From Macrostomum lignano (taxonomy: Eukaryota): DNA of 64,000 nt. How positions within the stretch are numbered: position 1 is the stretch's first letter; each line of letters opens with the position of its first letter. Location of the stretch: assembly GCA_002269645.1 (NCBI GenBank), contig NIVC01000282.1:310001-374000 (forward strand). The letters run 5' to 3'. The notes under the pieces are model-generated. The model saw only the letters and a list, made by a program, of their open reading frames with translations, was not told the origin of the DNA and did no database searches. The position numbers and the translations under genes were made by a program. Shown here one piece after another: positions 1 through 13,100 of the stretch.

Positions 1-140
1 CCTAACAGACATTCCCTAATAGACATTCCCTAATAGACATTCCCTAACAGACATTCCCTAACAGACATTCCATAATAGACATTCCCTAATAGACATTCCC
101 TAACAGGCATTCTCAATAGACATGCCGTAATAGACATTCC
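1..140. repeat. 14-bp minisatellite (cctaatagacattc)
   Basis: Direct tandem copies in the intron of the uncharacterised gene. Confidence 0.9.
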
Positions 141-171
141 CTATCGAAGGCACTGTAAGCATCAAACTCAC

Positions 172-3013
172 AGATTTGAGAACGAAAGATGGCCGCCGAG
201 GCGGAGGCGGCGGGGCCAGAGGAGGCGGCGGGGCCAGCGGAGGCGGCGGGACCAGAGGAGGCGGCGGGACCAGAGGAGGCGGCGGGACCAGAGGAGGCGG
301 TGCCGCCGCCAGTCGAGAAGGTGCCGCTAAAATTTACGGACCTGCTGGTTGTAGCGGCGCCTGCCTGCGCCTGCGGCCGCTGCTGCTGAGCGGAGCTGCT
401 CACTAGCAGGCAGCAGCCGGCGAAATGGACGACACGCCGACAGTTCGGCTGAGCAGACTCGGACAGGTAGTCGGTCACAGTGGCCAACAGTCGCCTGCGG
501 AGATCCTCACTGACATCGCCGGTGTTTGGCTGGGAGAATGACACGCCTGCGGGTTGTGCGGATGTGGGAGGGATGCGGGTGAGGGGGATGAGGGTGAGAG
601 AGGATGGGAGGGTATGGGGATGAGGGGATGAGGATGGGAGGGATGAGGATTTGGAAGGATTTGGGATGGGGATGAGGGGCGTGAGGGGATGAGGATCTGG
701 GATGGGGATAATGGGAATGAGGGAGGGGATGAGGAAGAGGGGGTGAGGAAGAGGGGATGAGGGATGAGGGGATGAGGATGAGGAAGAGGGGTTGAGGAAG
801 AGGGGATGAGGGAGAGGATGGGGATGAGGGGATGAGGATGAGAGGGGATGGAGATGAGGGGGTGAGGGGATGAGGATCTTGGATGGGGATAATGGGAATG
901 AGGGAGGGGATGAGGAAGAGGGGTGAGGAAGAGGGGATGAGGGGGATGATAGGGATGAGGGGATGATGATGAGAGGGGATGGAGATGAGGGGGTGAGGGG
1001 ATGAGGATCTGGGATGGGGATGAGGGGGATGAGGATCTGGGAGTGGGGATGGGGATGAGGGGATGAGGGAGGGGAATGGGGATGAGGGGATGGGAGGATA
1101 AAGATAGGAGGGTATTGGGATGAGGGGATGGGAAGGGATGAGGATAGGATGGGGATGAGGGGATAAGGATGGGAAGTGATGAGAGAAGGGATGAGGATGT
1201 GGGAGGTGATAACACTGTAACCGCACCCAGTCCAGGCTGGCTGGCTGTGCCATCGCAGGCCCCAGAGCCGGCCCTGCTGGCAGCGCCCTGCAGCAGGGTG
1301 GACTGGATTTCTTTTAGCGGCCGCGAGTGCAACAGTGAGGCGAGGCGGCGAGCCCGCGGGCCGCAGGCGTTCAGGCAGTCGACGCAGTCGTGGGAAGTCA
1401 GCGAGAAGACAGCGTTTTCTGTTTGGGCTGCATTGGACTGCAGTGAGCGGAAAGGAAAGCGAAGCGATTTGGTTATGCCGTTCATTGGTACTTAACACTA
1501 AGGCTGTTGTGTTCAGGTGTACATCAGGACTGTTGTGTGTAGAGGTGTACATCAGGACTGTTGTGTGTACAGGTGTACATCAGGACTGTTGTGTGTAGAG
1601 GTGTACATCAGGACTGTGTGTGTACGGGTGTACATCAGGACTGTTGTGTGTACGGGTGTACATCAGGACTGTGTGTGTACAGGTGTACATCAGGACTGTT
1701 GTGTGTTCAGGTGTACATCAGGACTGTTGTGTGTACAGGTGTACATCAGGACTGTTGTGTGTACGGGTGTACATCAGGACTGTGTGTGTACAGGTGTACA
1801 TCAGGACTGTTGTGTGTACGGGTGTACATCAGGACTGTGTGTGTACAGACGTACATCAGGACTGTGTGTGTACAGGCGTACATCAGGACTGTGTGTACAG
1901 GCGTACATCAGGACTGTGTGTGTACAGGTGTACATCAGGACTGTGTGTGTACAGGTGTACATCAGGACTGTTGTGTGTACGGGTGTACATCAGGATTGTG
2001 TGTACGGGTGTACATCAGGACTGTGTGTGTACAGGTGTACATCAGGACTGTTGTGTGTACGGGTGTACATCAGGACTGTTGTGTGTACGGGTGTACATAA
2101 GGACTGTGTGTACAGGCGTACATTAGGACTGTTGTGTGTACGGGTGTACATCAGGACTGTGTGTGTACAGGTGTACATCAGGACTGTTGTGTGTACGGGT
2201 GTACATAAGGACTGTGTGTACAGGCGTACATCAGGACTGTGTGTGTACAGGTGTACATCAGGACTGTGTATGTACAGGTATACATTAGCACGCAAATTTG
2301 ATTCTTGATTTCACCAGAGCTTACAGCTGCAACAAGCCGGTCTGTGTGAGGAGAGCTCAGGGTTGAGCAGAGCAGCCGGAGCCGCCGCTGTCTCTCAAAG
2401 CTGGAGTGAGTCGATTCAAGTTTGTAGGCCTCCTCGCCTGAAAATTCTGAATCGTCAGTCAGAGCGGACGGCTCAGGCCCTGAGCAGCGGATGATTGCCG
2501 CCTCCCAGAAGCAGACGGATTTCACTATGTTCGCCTGCGGTTGTTGGGCAACAATTTAAGTGGCTGGCGTTGGCGAGCGATCTGTGTGCAGCTACCTTGA
2601 TAACACTCTGGTCTCAACATCCTCCTCCCTGAACATAATTTAAGTATCTCTTATCCGAAAATTCATGCAACACCCGTCTACCCAAAGATTCATTAAACAC
2701 TCTGCCTACCTGACGGTTGATTAAACATTCTCTTATTTAAACGTCCATTAAACATCCTCCTACCTGAAGATCTATCTCCCCAGTATCTCAAAAATAAAAT
2801 TGAAGTTAGCCCCATCAGAGCAGCACTAACCACTGTCTGCAGTACCCGCAGCGCCAGGGCTTCAACATCGGCCTGCATGCGATTGTTGCGACTGCCGCCA
2901 GCGAAGGCGGTTGCCTTGGAGATTAGCGACTGCGTGTCCAGGCTTAAAAAATTCAATTCGTCGGTGCGCCAGTGCACTTGACGCATGGCCGGTTCCGCTT
3001 GTTTGTGACTCAT
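172..3013 (-). CDS. Uncharacterised spliced protein-coding gene, 3' end runs off the left edge of the window
   Basis: Exons 3013-2831, 2534-2325, 1437-1227, 546-172 are joined by GT-AG introns with consistent phases (0,0,1,1) into one open frame starting MSHKQAEPAMRQVHWRTDELNF. An acceptor ctattgcag lies 6 nt upstream of the ATG. No family recognised. Confidence 0.7.
570..1205. repeat. G/A-rich degenerate minisatellite (gaggggatgag)
   Basis: Fills intron 3 of the uncharacterised gene and produces spurious P/S/H-rich ORFs. Confidence 0.9.
1505..2280. repeat. 26-28-bp minisatellite (gtgtacatcaggactgttgtgtgtacag)
   Basis: Tandem copies in intron 2 of the uncharacterised gene. Confidence 0.95.
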
Positions 3014-3084
3014 TTTTGACTGCAATAGTTGACAAAGCATATAGTTTTCGTTTTAGCTATGTAGATCTATGTTAGGTCAATTTG

Positions 3085-3525
3085 GCACCGGTTGCTATGC
3101 AACAGATACAGACAAATAACTGGTTGCTATGCAACAGATACCGACTAATAACTGGTTGCTATGCAGTAGATACCGACTAATAGCTGGTTGCTATGCAGTA
3201 GAGACCGACTGATAGCCGGTTGCTATGCAACAGATACCGACTAATAGCTGGTTGCTATGCAACAAATACCGACTAATAGCTGGTTGCTATGCAGTAGATG
3301 CCGACTACTAGCTGGTTGCTATGCACCCGATACCGACTACTAGCTGGTTGCCATGCAGTAGATACCGACAAATAACTGGTTGCTATGCAGTAGATACCGA
3401 CTAATAGCTGGTTGCTATGCAGTAGAGACCGACTAATAGCTGGTTGCTATGCAATAGAGACCGACTAATAGCTGGTTGCTATGCAGTAGAGACCGACTGA
3501 TAGCCGGTTGCTATGCAACAGATGT
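3085..3525. repeat. 32-bp minisatellite (tagctggttgctatgcagtagataccgactaa)
   Basis: Tandem copies just upstream of the orphan acceptor at 3020. Confidence 0.95.
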
Positions 3526-4029
3526 TGATTATATTTGGATTGCTAAGCACAAGCTGCATACATTTCTACGGAAACGGTACATCATTGATAACTAATAAAC
3601 CAATGAATGAAAATGCTAACACACGGACGCTTGACAAAAGCAAATAAAATGAACACACGAGCGTAGTATTCAAATAAATAACAGAAAATATTTCCGTCAC
3701 AGATGTATTTTTCAGCAAGCATAGTTCTCAAATACCCGGCAATCACTGCTGCAATTGACAATTCAGAAATACCAATTATGAGACACAAAGACCAGCAGTC
3801 TCATACAGTTTATAAGAATGCAAAATACGTCTACATTTTTACTGTGTAAAGGCGTGATTGGCAAAAATGCATGTTGTTTCTTTTTTGTCTTAATTGCGCT
3901 ACATTTGCAAACTTGAATGCAAATTGTTCATAAAATAATGACAAAGGGTGTTAAGCAGGCAGACTCGCGCCTGAAAACCTGCCATGCTAACAAAAACTAG
4001 AGGGTCCGTGATGACTCTTGACAAGAGGT

Positions 4030-4915
4030 CAGTGAGGTCACCAAGACAACGGGTCAGTGAGGTCATCAGGACAAGGGGTCAGTGAGGTCACCAGGACAAG
4101 GGATCAGTGAGGTCATCTGTCAAAGGGGTCAGTGAGGTCATCTGACAAAGGGGTCAGTGAGGCCACAAGGACAAGGGGTCAGTAAAATCACCAAGACAAG
4201 GGGTCAGTGAGGTCACCCGGACAGGGGGTCAGTGAAATCACCAAAACAAGGGGTCAGTGAGGGGGTCAGTGAGGTCACCAGGACAGGGGGTCAGTGAGGT
4301 CATCTGTCAAAGGAGTCAGTGGGGTCATCTGACAAAGGGGTCAGTGAGGTCATCTGACAAAGGGGTCAGTGAGGTCATCTGACAAAGGGGTCAGTGAGGT
4401 CATCTGTAAAAGGAGTCAGTGAAATCACCAAGACAAGGGGTCAGTGAAATCACCAAGACAAGGGGTCAGTGAGGTCATCTGTCAAAGGAGTCAGTGAGGT
4501 CATCTGACAAAGGGGTCAGTGAGGTCATCTGACAAAGGGGTCAGTGAGGTCATCTGTAAAAGGAGTCAGTGAAATCACCAAGACAAGGGGTCAGTGAAAT
4601 CACCAAGACAAGGGGTCAGTGAAATCACCAAGACAAGGGGTCAGTGAAATCACCAAGACAAGGGGTCAGTGAGGTCATCTGTCAAAGGAGTCAGTGAGGT
4701 CATCTGACAAAGGGTCAGTGAGGTCATCTGGCAAAGGGGTCAGTGAGGTCATCTGGCAAAGGGGTCAGTTAGGTCATCTGTAAAAGGAGTCAGTGAGGTC
4801 ACCAGAACAAGGGGTCAGTGAGGCCACCAAGACAAGGGATCAGTGAGGTCATCTAACAAAAGGGGTCAGTGAGGTCACCAAGACAATGGATCAGTAAGGT
4901 CATCTGGCAAAGGGG
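4030..4915. repeat. 25-bp minisatellite (aggggtcagtgaggtcatctgacaa)
   Basis: Tandem copies with variant units. Confidence 0.95.
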
Positions 4916-5153
4916 TCATTAAAGTCAGCTAACACTACTTAAGAGGTCATAAACAAAGAAGCACTTAGTTCCAGGTGTGACAAATTCAAAAAGATATTTC
5001 GACCTCACAGATAAGACAGAAAAGCACCAGTTAAAAAAGATGTTTTATAAAGCAGCGGATAGCTAAATCTGAGCGATGACCGGCAACTCAAGGAAAACAG
5101 AGAAACATGAAAATAAGCAAGCCATCCACACGCTACTTATGAGTAGCTACTGG

Positions 5154-7117
5154 CTACTTTCGCGACACTTTCCTGCTGTTTATCGCAGCGGCCGCAGCCT
5201 CGGCGGCTTTTGCGGCGCTGGCGGCCTGGCGTGCGGCAGATTCGGCCCTCTTTGCCAGCCTCTTGGCCTCCGCGGCGGCCTTCGCTGCCGAGGCGGCAGC
5301 AGCAGCGGAGGCGGCTACAGCGGTGGTCGATTCGGCATTAGAGTTTGAGGCACAGTCTGGCTCGCTGTGGCTGCTGGCGCTGGCTCCGCTGTCATTATTG
5401 GACTGTAGTGAAGGTCAAGGTTGTGGGAGGTCAGTAAGTGGTTGTGGCGTTTCATATTGGAATGGGGTCGGGGATGGGGTTGGGGGAGATTCGTGAATGA
5501 TTGGGTTGGGGGAGATTCGTGAATGATGGGATTGGGGAAGATTCGTGATTCGTGAATGATGAGGATAGGGGAGATTAGTGAATGATGGGGATAGGGGAGA
5601 TTAGTGAATGATAGGGATAGGGGAGATTAGTGAATGATAGGCATAGGGGAGATTAGTGAATGATGGGGTTGGGGGAGATTCGTGAATGATGGGGTTGGGG
5701 GAGATTAGTGATTCGTGAATGATGGGGATAGGGGAGATTAGAGAATGATGGGGTTAGGGGAGATTAGTGATTCGTGAATGATGCAGATAGGGGAGATTAG
5801 TGAATGATGGGGTTGGGGGAGATTAGTGAATGATGGGGCTGGGGAGATTAGTGGATGATGAGGATGGGGAGATTAGTGGATGATGGGGATGGGGAGATTC
5901 ATGAAGGATGGGGCTGGTGTCGAAGATTCTGGATTCGGGCAATACAAAGAGCTTACACTAGCGGAGCCAGACTCTTCGTCAGTATCCGAAATCTCTTCCA
6001 GTTCGCTCTCGTCAGAGTCTGCAACAATTGAAAGCGAATGCGGCGCCGACCCGGCCGTTTCCTGACTGTCTTGCTGATTAGCGGCGCACTTCGGACATTC
6101 CGGCCGGCGAATTCGCAGATTAATTTGCAACAGATTATCTTCGGACGCCTCCAGGTAGACGGGCACCTCGGAGCGGAAGTTCAGCTTGAGCGTCAGCCGG
6201 TGCGGGCAGCTGCCAGCGGGCGGGAACACCAGGTTGCAGGCCTTCTGCCGCCGTCTCACCACCAGGCCGGGGCACTGCGATTGGAGTCGCTGATAGTCCA
6301 ATCTAGTGGTGAACAGCAGCTGGGGAATCATCACCTGCGATTGCGGTTGGGTTGGGTGAGGACTGAGCGTCAGGAAAGGAGAGACAGGGTGAGATAGAAG
6401 ATTAACCAGACCAAGGAACCAGGTCAGGTGAGACTAGGAACCAGGTCAGGTGAGACTAGGAACCAGGTCAGGTGAGACTAGGAACCAGGTCAGGTGAGAC
6501 TAGGAACCAGGTCAGGTGAGACTAGGAACCAGGTCAGGTGAGACTAGGAACCAGGTCAGGTGAGACTAGGAACCAGGTCAGGTGAGACTAGGAAGCAGGT
6601 CAGGTGAGACTAGGAACCAGGTCAGGGTGAGACTAGGAACCAGGTAATGAGGTGAGACTAGGAAGCAGATCAGGCAAGACTAGGAAGCAGGTCAGGCGAG
6701 ACTAGGAAGCAGGTGAGGTGAGACTAGGATCTAGATCAGGTGAGACTAGGAACCAGGTAATGGGGTGAGACTGGGGTGATGGGGTGAATGGGGTGAGAAC
6801 CAGGTAATGAGGTGAGACTAGGAACCAGGTAATGAGGTGAGACTAGGAACCAGGTGAGGTGAGAGCCACCCCAGTTACTCTAGTATCTGTGGGTGAGACG
6901 CGGCTACTGATGAGAAGAGCTGCAAGAACTAAGCTAGCAGCGAGCCCAAACCTCCATGCCGAGCCGGCCGACAGACTTGGCAAACGCGAAGCCCTCGCTT
7001 GGCCCGGTGGCGCGCAGGAAGGCGGCATAGAATAGCTGGGAGCTGCGCTCGGACGCTCGCTTGGCGCTGATGCGCCACCTGTTGCACCACATGGCCTGGG
7101 CTTCCACCTGATCGGCC

Positions 7118-7153
<36 letters not shown>

Positions 7154-10100
7154 GTCGTCGGCGACGACAGGCCGAGCGCTCCGACCAGCTGTCGATGAAC
7201 CAGCAAGTCGGCGTATCGACGTATAGGCGAAGTGAAATGCGTGTACACTGGGAACTTCAAAGCGAAATGCCGCCAAGAGTCCCGATCCGGGTGGTAGCCG
7301 GTGCAGATGTACTCGGCCAGGGACATCTGCATGATGGCCAGGGTGGCTGCGAAGCTGCGGAATTGCGGGTCGTCCGACTGCTCGGCCAGGAAGTCGTTCA
7401 GCTTCAGCATGATCTCGGTTGATGATGCTGCCAGATTGTTGTTGCCGGGCGAGCCGGCCGCTGCTGAGGGTGGGGGGGGGGCGACAGTATCCTATATGCG
7501 TAAATAAGATCAACTGGAGGAGGACAAAGGTCAATAGGGTCACTGATGTTGAGGGGGTAGGTCACTGGTACATATGGGTCATTGGTATTGATATGCCACT
7601 GGTATCCATGGGGTCACTGGTATAGCTAGGTCACTGGTATAGCTAGGTCACTGGTATTGATGGGGTTACTGTTACAGATGGGGTACTGTTATAGATGGGG
7701 TACTGTTATAGATGGGGTACTGTTATAGATGGGGTACTGTTATAGATGGGGTACTGTTATAGATGGGGTACTGTTATAGATGGGGTACTGTTATAGATGG
7801 GGTACTGTTATAGATGGGGTACTGTTATAGATGGGGTACTGTTATAGATGGGGTCACTGGTATTGATGGTTCACTGGTAAAGATTGGGGTCACTGGTATC
7901 GGTGGGGTCACTGGTATCTGTGGGGTCACTGGTATCCATGGGGTCACTGGTATTTCTGATATCGCTGAGGGTAACGGGTACCGTGGGTCACAAGGTCACG
8001 GCAAGGTAATAAATCTAGCACAAACAAAACCCACAAACCTTGCAGAATGGACCTAGCCGCCTTGCTGCCATTCCCAGAATTCTCAGCCCCATCTTCGGCG
8101 GACTCAACCACCACTCGGGCCAGCGACACCAGAGTCTCCGCCAGGCCGCGCGGATCTCTGGGCGGAGGGTGCCGACGGAGCAGGGCCACGTCCGGGGCCT
8201 CCTTGACCAGCGTCTCTGCCGCGGCAACGTTGGCTTTGAGCATCCACTCTTCGACTAGCTGGTGCGACCATTCAGCATCCTCTTCCTTCATCAGCTGGGG
8301 CACGCCGTTGACACCGTCCGGGCAGGTGAACTGCAACTTGTTGGCCACACTGAAGCCGAGGGCGGCCTTCGATAGGCGCTCCTTGCGAAACTTTTTAGCC
8401 AACTGATGCAGCTGGCGCAGAGTTGTGCGCACCTGCCGACCGGAGAAAGGGCTGGACACCTCCGATGGGAGGAACTCGTCCGAGTTGAGCATCTGCTCGG
8501 CCTCCTCGTACGATAGACGGCAGCAGGACTTGATGATGGACTTTGCAAAGCTGCGGTATTTGAAATTGGATTTAGAAGTGAAGTTAGGCACATACAAGCG
8601 TAGCAATACTGTAAGCAGACACGCACTCTACACACGCTCATCCAGGGTGTACACAGCGGTCCTGACTTTCTAATCGTCAGACATGTACAGTCTCTGTGCC
8701 TTGGGGGTTGGGCCTCATGGGTGGACCAATTTTCGTGCACACAAGCCCCAAGCCGCGCACAGAATCAAACCAATGGTTCTGCTCCCTAAATAATGCCTAA
8801 ACAATAATCCTAATGTTCCAGGTAGATTGCCTCGAGAGTTGACGATAGGAACGGTCTATCCCTATTTAGTTGCGTACTAACCGCACTCAACTCTGCTTAA
8901 CTTGCAGGACTAGCAACTAAGCAACTCTATTAAGTTAAGCTAAGTCGGCCGCGGTTAGCACGCAGCTGAAAGGCGCCATATTGAGCTGAGCTGTTGAAAT
9001 TGAACTCTCACCGGTAACTCTGCACGTCGCCTTTGAGGCCAATCTGAAAGATGACGGAGAAGGCCAGCTTCTCTTCGCCGGGATGCAGCGAGCAGTAGCC
9101 GTTGCTCAACGCCTCTGGCAGCATCGGGATTACCCGCTGAACCAGGTAGACTGAGGTGGACCGGCGACGGGCCTCTCGGTCGAGGGCCGACTCTGACGGC
9201 ACAAAGTGCGACACGTCGGCGATGTGGACACCCACCTGGGTTTGAAAAATCGAAAATATCACCCTGCTGCATGACCTGGTATGACCTTTGCTCGCAGAGC
9301 TTCTAACAAAGAAGAAATAATAGAAACTGATCGGAAGCAGATTATCTAAAGTAAAAAACCAGGGATTTTGAAGGAAATTGGAGGATCAGGGATTCTAGGG
9401 GAAATTGGGGATCTGGGATTCTAGGGGAAATTGGGGGATCTGGGATTCTAGGGGAAATTGGGGGATCTGGAATTCTAGGGGAAATTGGGGGATCTGGGAT
9501 TCTAGGGGAAATTGGGGGATCTGGGATTCTAGGGGAAATGGGGGATCTGGGATTCTAGGGGAAATTGGGGGATCTGGGATTCTAGGGGAAATTGGGGGAT
9601 CTGGGATTCTAGGGGAAATTGGGGAATCTGGGATTCTAGGGGAAATTGGGGGATCTGGGATTCTAGGGGAAATTGGGGGATCTGGGATTCTAGGGGAAAT
9701 TGGGGGATCTGGGATTCTAAGGAAGATTGGGGGATCTGGGATTTTAGGGGGAAATTAGGGGATCTGGGATTCTAAGGGAAATTGGGGGATCTGGGATTCT
9801 AGGGGAAATTGGGGGATCTGGGATTCTAAGGAAGATTGGGGGATCTGGGATTTTAGGGGAGAAATTAGGGGATCTGGGATTCTAGCAAAGATCAATGGAT
9901 CTGGGATTCTAGGGGGAAATTAGGGGATCCGGGATTCTAGCGAAGATCAATGGATCTGGGATTTAAATAACAAACAAGAGCACCAGGTATTTAGGGAAAA
10001 TACAGGAACTGGGATTTGATAGGGAAAATTTAGGAGCTGAAATTTAGGAAAAACCTGAGGATCTGCGATTTAGGACAACCAGAGGATGGGATTTAAGGAA

Positions 10101-13100
10101 AACGAAAAAGTCTATGATCGGATCGGAAACACCATCATTGCAAACTTTTACCTCATAGCAACCGTTTCCATGGGATTTGACGTGCAAAGCGTCGTCCAGA
10201 TCTCTAGCCGTGGCCGGGTCAATCGATACAACGCACCGATCGGTGAAATCCTCCCGATCTTTCCTGTCCTGCTTGGTGATGTAGAAAGTCTTGGCCACAT
10301 CCTCCAGCGCTGCCGGGGGGAACGGCAGCTCCTCGATGCCAGTCTCCACCAGGATGGCCTGCGTGGCGCCCTCGATGGTGGCCACGTCGGTGTTCAACGG
10401 CAGAACCTCCGCCACTGGGCGCAGCAGGTGGCTCGGCCAGTCCACCATCTGCGGGTGTTACGTGGATGAAAGAGAGGGCCCAGGGGTCAATAAGGTCACG
10501 GGCCTCACAAAGATTCAACGAGGTTAGGGGCTAAGGTCATGGGCCCCAGTGAGAGGTCAATGAGGTCACGGACTACATACAGTGAGGGGTCAATGAGGTA
10601 ATAGGCTAAAGATTTAATAGGCTAAAGATAGGGGTCAAGGTCACGGATTACAAATAGTGAGGGGTAAATGAAGTCATGGGGGTTCAGTAAGAGGTCAATG
10701 AGATCACGGGGCCTTAGTGAGGGGTCAATGAGGTCAAAGACCTCAGTGACAGGTCAATGAGGTCATGAGCTAAAGATACAGATCAAGGTCACGGGCTAAG
10801 AATAGTGAGGGATCAATGAAGTCACGGTGGTTCAGCGAGTGGTCGATAAGGTCACTGGGGCTCAGTAAAAGTTTAATGAGGTCCAGGGGGCTCAGTAAGG
10901 GTTTAATGAGGTCCAGGGGGCTCAGTAAGTGTTTAATGAGGTCCAGGGGGCTCAGTAAGGGTTTAATGAGGTCCAGGGGGCTCAGTAAGGGTTTAATGAG
11001 GTCCAGGGGGCTCAGTAAGGGTTTAATGAGGTCTAGGGGGCTCAGTAAGGGTTTAATGAGGTCACGAGGGACATTTAAGGGTAATGCAGCCAATTAGCAA
11101 ACCTTCACAGCCACGGTGTAAGCCTCTCCGGCCAGGCCCATGTCCACATTTTTCTGCAGCTGCCGTTTAACCTCCAGGCCCATGAACAGTGGGTGCACCG
11201 GCACCAGCATGAGCGGCACCCGGCGGTCGCGCGGCTTGAACAGGGCTGCCCGACCGCTGCGGTGCATGGACAGGCTGCCAACGAAGCATTTGTTATTGAA
11301 TGACGACACAATGCGAACAACTTCGCCTGTCATCACTAAGCCGGCTTGGCACAGCAAATTAATCTGCTCATGACTCATAAATGGGGAGTCGATATCGACC
11401 GGATCCGGGACAATCTCAGCGAGAAAGTTGGGACGGCGTTTCAATTCCGACTCGACTGTGGGACCGCTCAGGCCCAGGGTCCATTGGCGGATGGGGAGCA
11501 GGTGGACCGCCACTTGGTCGCGGTCCAGGGCCCGGTTCATGGCCTCGCCTGAGCGGATGGCGATCATCTTGCCCTGCGGGTGATTTGTGGGTCAGCGTGA
11601 CAGCCAGTGAGTCAGCTAGTGACAGCAGGTGAGTCAGCTATAACAGGCGAGTCAGCTAAGGTGAGTCAGCTAGTGACAGCAAGTGAGTCAGCTATAACAG
11701 GTGAGTCAGCTATAACAGGTGAGTCAGCTAAGGTGAGTCAGATAGTGACAGCAGGTGAGTCAACTAGTGACAGCAGGTGAGTCAGTAGTGACAGCAGGTG
11801 AGTCAGTAGTGACAGGTGAGTCAGTAGTGACAGGTAAGTCAGCTAGTGACAGCAGGTCAGTCTGCTAGTGACAGCAGGTGAGTCAGCTAGTGACAGCAGG
11901 TGAGTCAGCTAAGATGAGTCAGCTAGTGACAGCAGGTGAGTCAGCTAAGATGAGTCAGCTAGTGACAGCAGGTGAGTCAGTAGTGACAGGTGAGTCAGTA
12001 GTGACAGGTAAGTCAGCTAGTGACAGCAGGTCAGTCTGCTAGTGACAGCAGGTGAGTCAGCTAGTGACAGCAAGTGAGTCAGCTATAACAGCAGGTGAGT
12101 CAGCTAAGGTGAGTCAGCTAGTGACAGCAGGTGAGTCAGCTAAGATGAGTCAGCTAGTGACAGCAGGTGAGTCAGCTAAGGTGAGTCAGCTAGTGACAGC
12201 AGGTGAGTCAGTTATAACAGCAGGTGAGTCAGCTAAGATGAGTCAGCTATAACAGCAGGTGAGTCAGCTAAGATGAGTCAGCTATAACAGCAGGTGAGTC
12301 AGCTAAGATGAGTCAGCTAGTGACAGCAGGAATGAAATCCTGATCTAGCGACAGTTAAAAGTATGAACCAATAAGAAGTAAAAAGGAGATCATAGCCTAG
12401 CGCACTCACCTGCCACTTGCAGATGGCCAGACTACCAGGATTAATGACGGTGAAATAGCATAACATGAGGTGATTAGCTCGCATCCCTTTGCCAAGCATT
12501 CTGGCGTCCCAGTGGTCCTTGAAATTCTGCAATTCGATTTTCATATGTTTTCGGTTATAAGCAACAGAAGGGCCAGTGTAAAACAAGACAACTCGTTCCA
12601 ATTTTAATGGAAACATGTAACATGTAAATATGCTCGTACATGTAACAAAGAACGCAATTTGTTGAACTAAACCAGACACTAAAACTCGGACAATGCTCTT
12701 ACAAAACAGCGGGTGTGTTTGTCTAACATTCTCAGCTGACGATCTCTTGATAATTGCAATGCTTCGAAATCTTTTGCCGTTTCAGTCTGAAGTACTTCGG
12801 TAAGATAATATGGTGATTGAATTTGTGCTGTTGTTCACCTGTTTTCTTCTACCTTTGACTCATCACTGAGAAGAGTTGGGTAAGTAGGATGAAGATAGGA
12901 AAATGGAAGAGAGAAGTCGGTTCTGATGTGAAGTGCCTTTGGAGTGAGGTGGTTGCGGAGTGAGGTGGGTGAGGGACTGAGGTGGTTGAGGGAGTGAGGC
13001 GGTTGCGGAGTGAGGTGGGTGAAGGAGTGACGTGAGTGAGGGAGTGAGGTGGGTGAGGGAGTGAGGCGATTGCGGAGTGAGGTGGGTGCGGAGTGACGTG

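Noticed and set aside
172-3013. Faint resemblance of gene X to HPS1/longin-type proteins
   Set aside because: Only scattered short similarities by eye; not supportable without a profile search.
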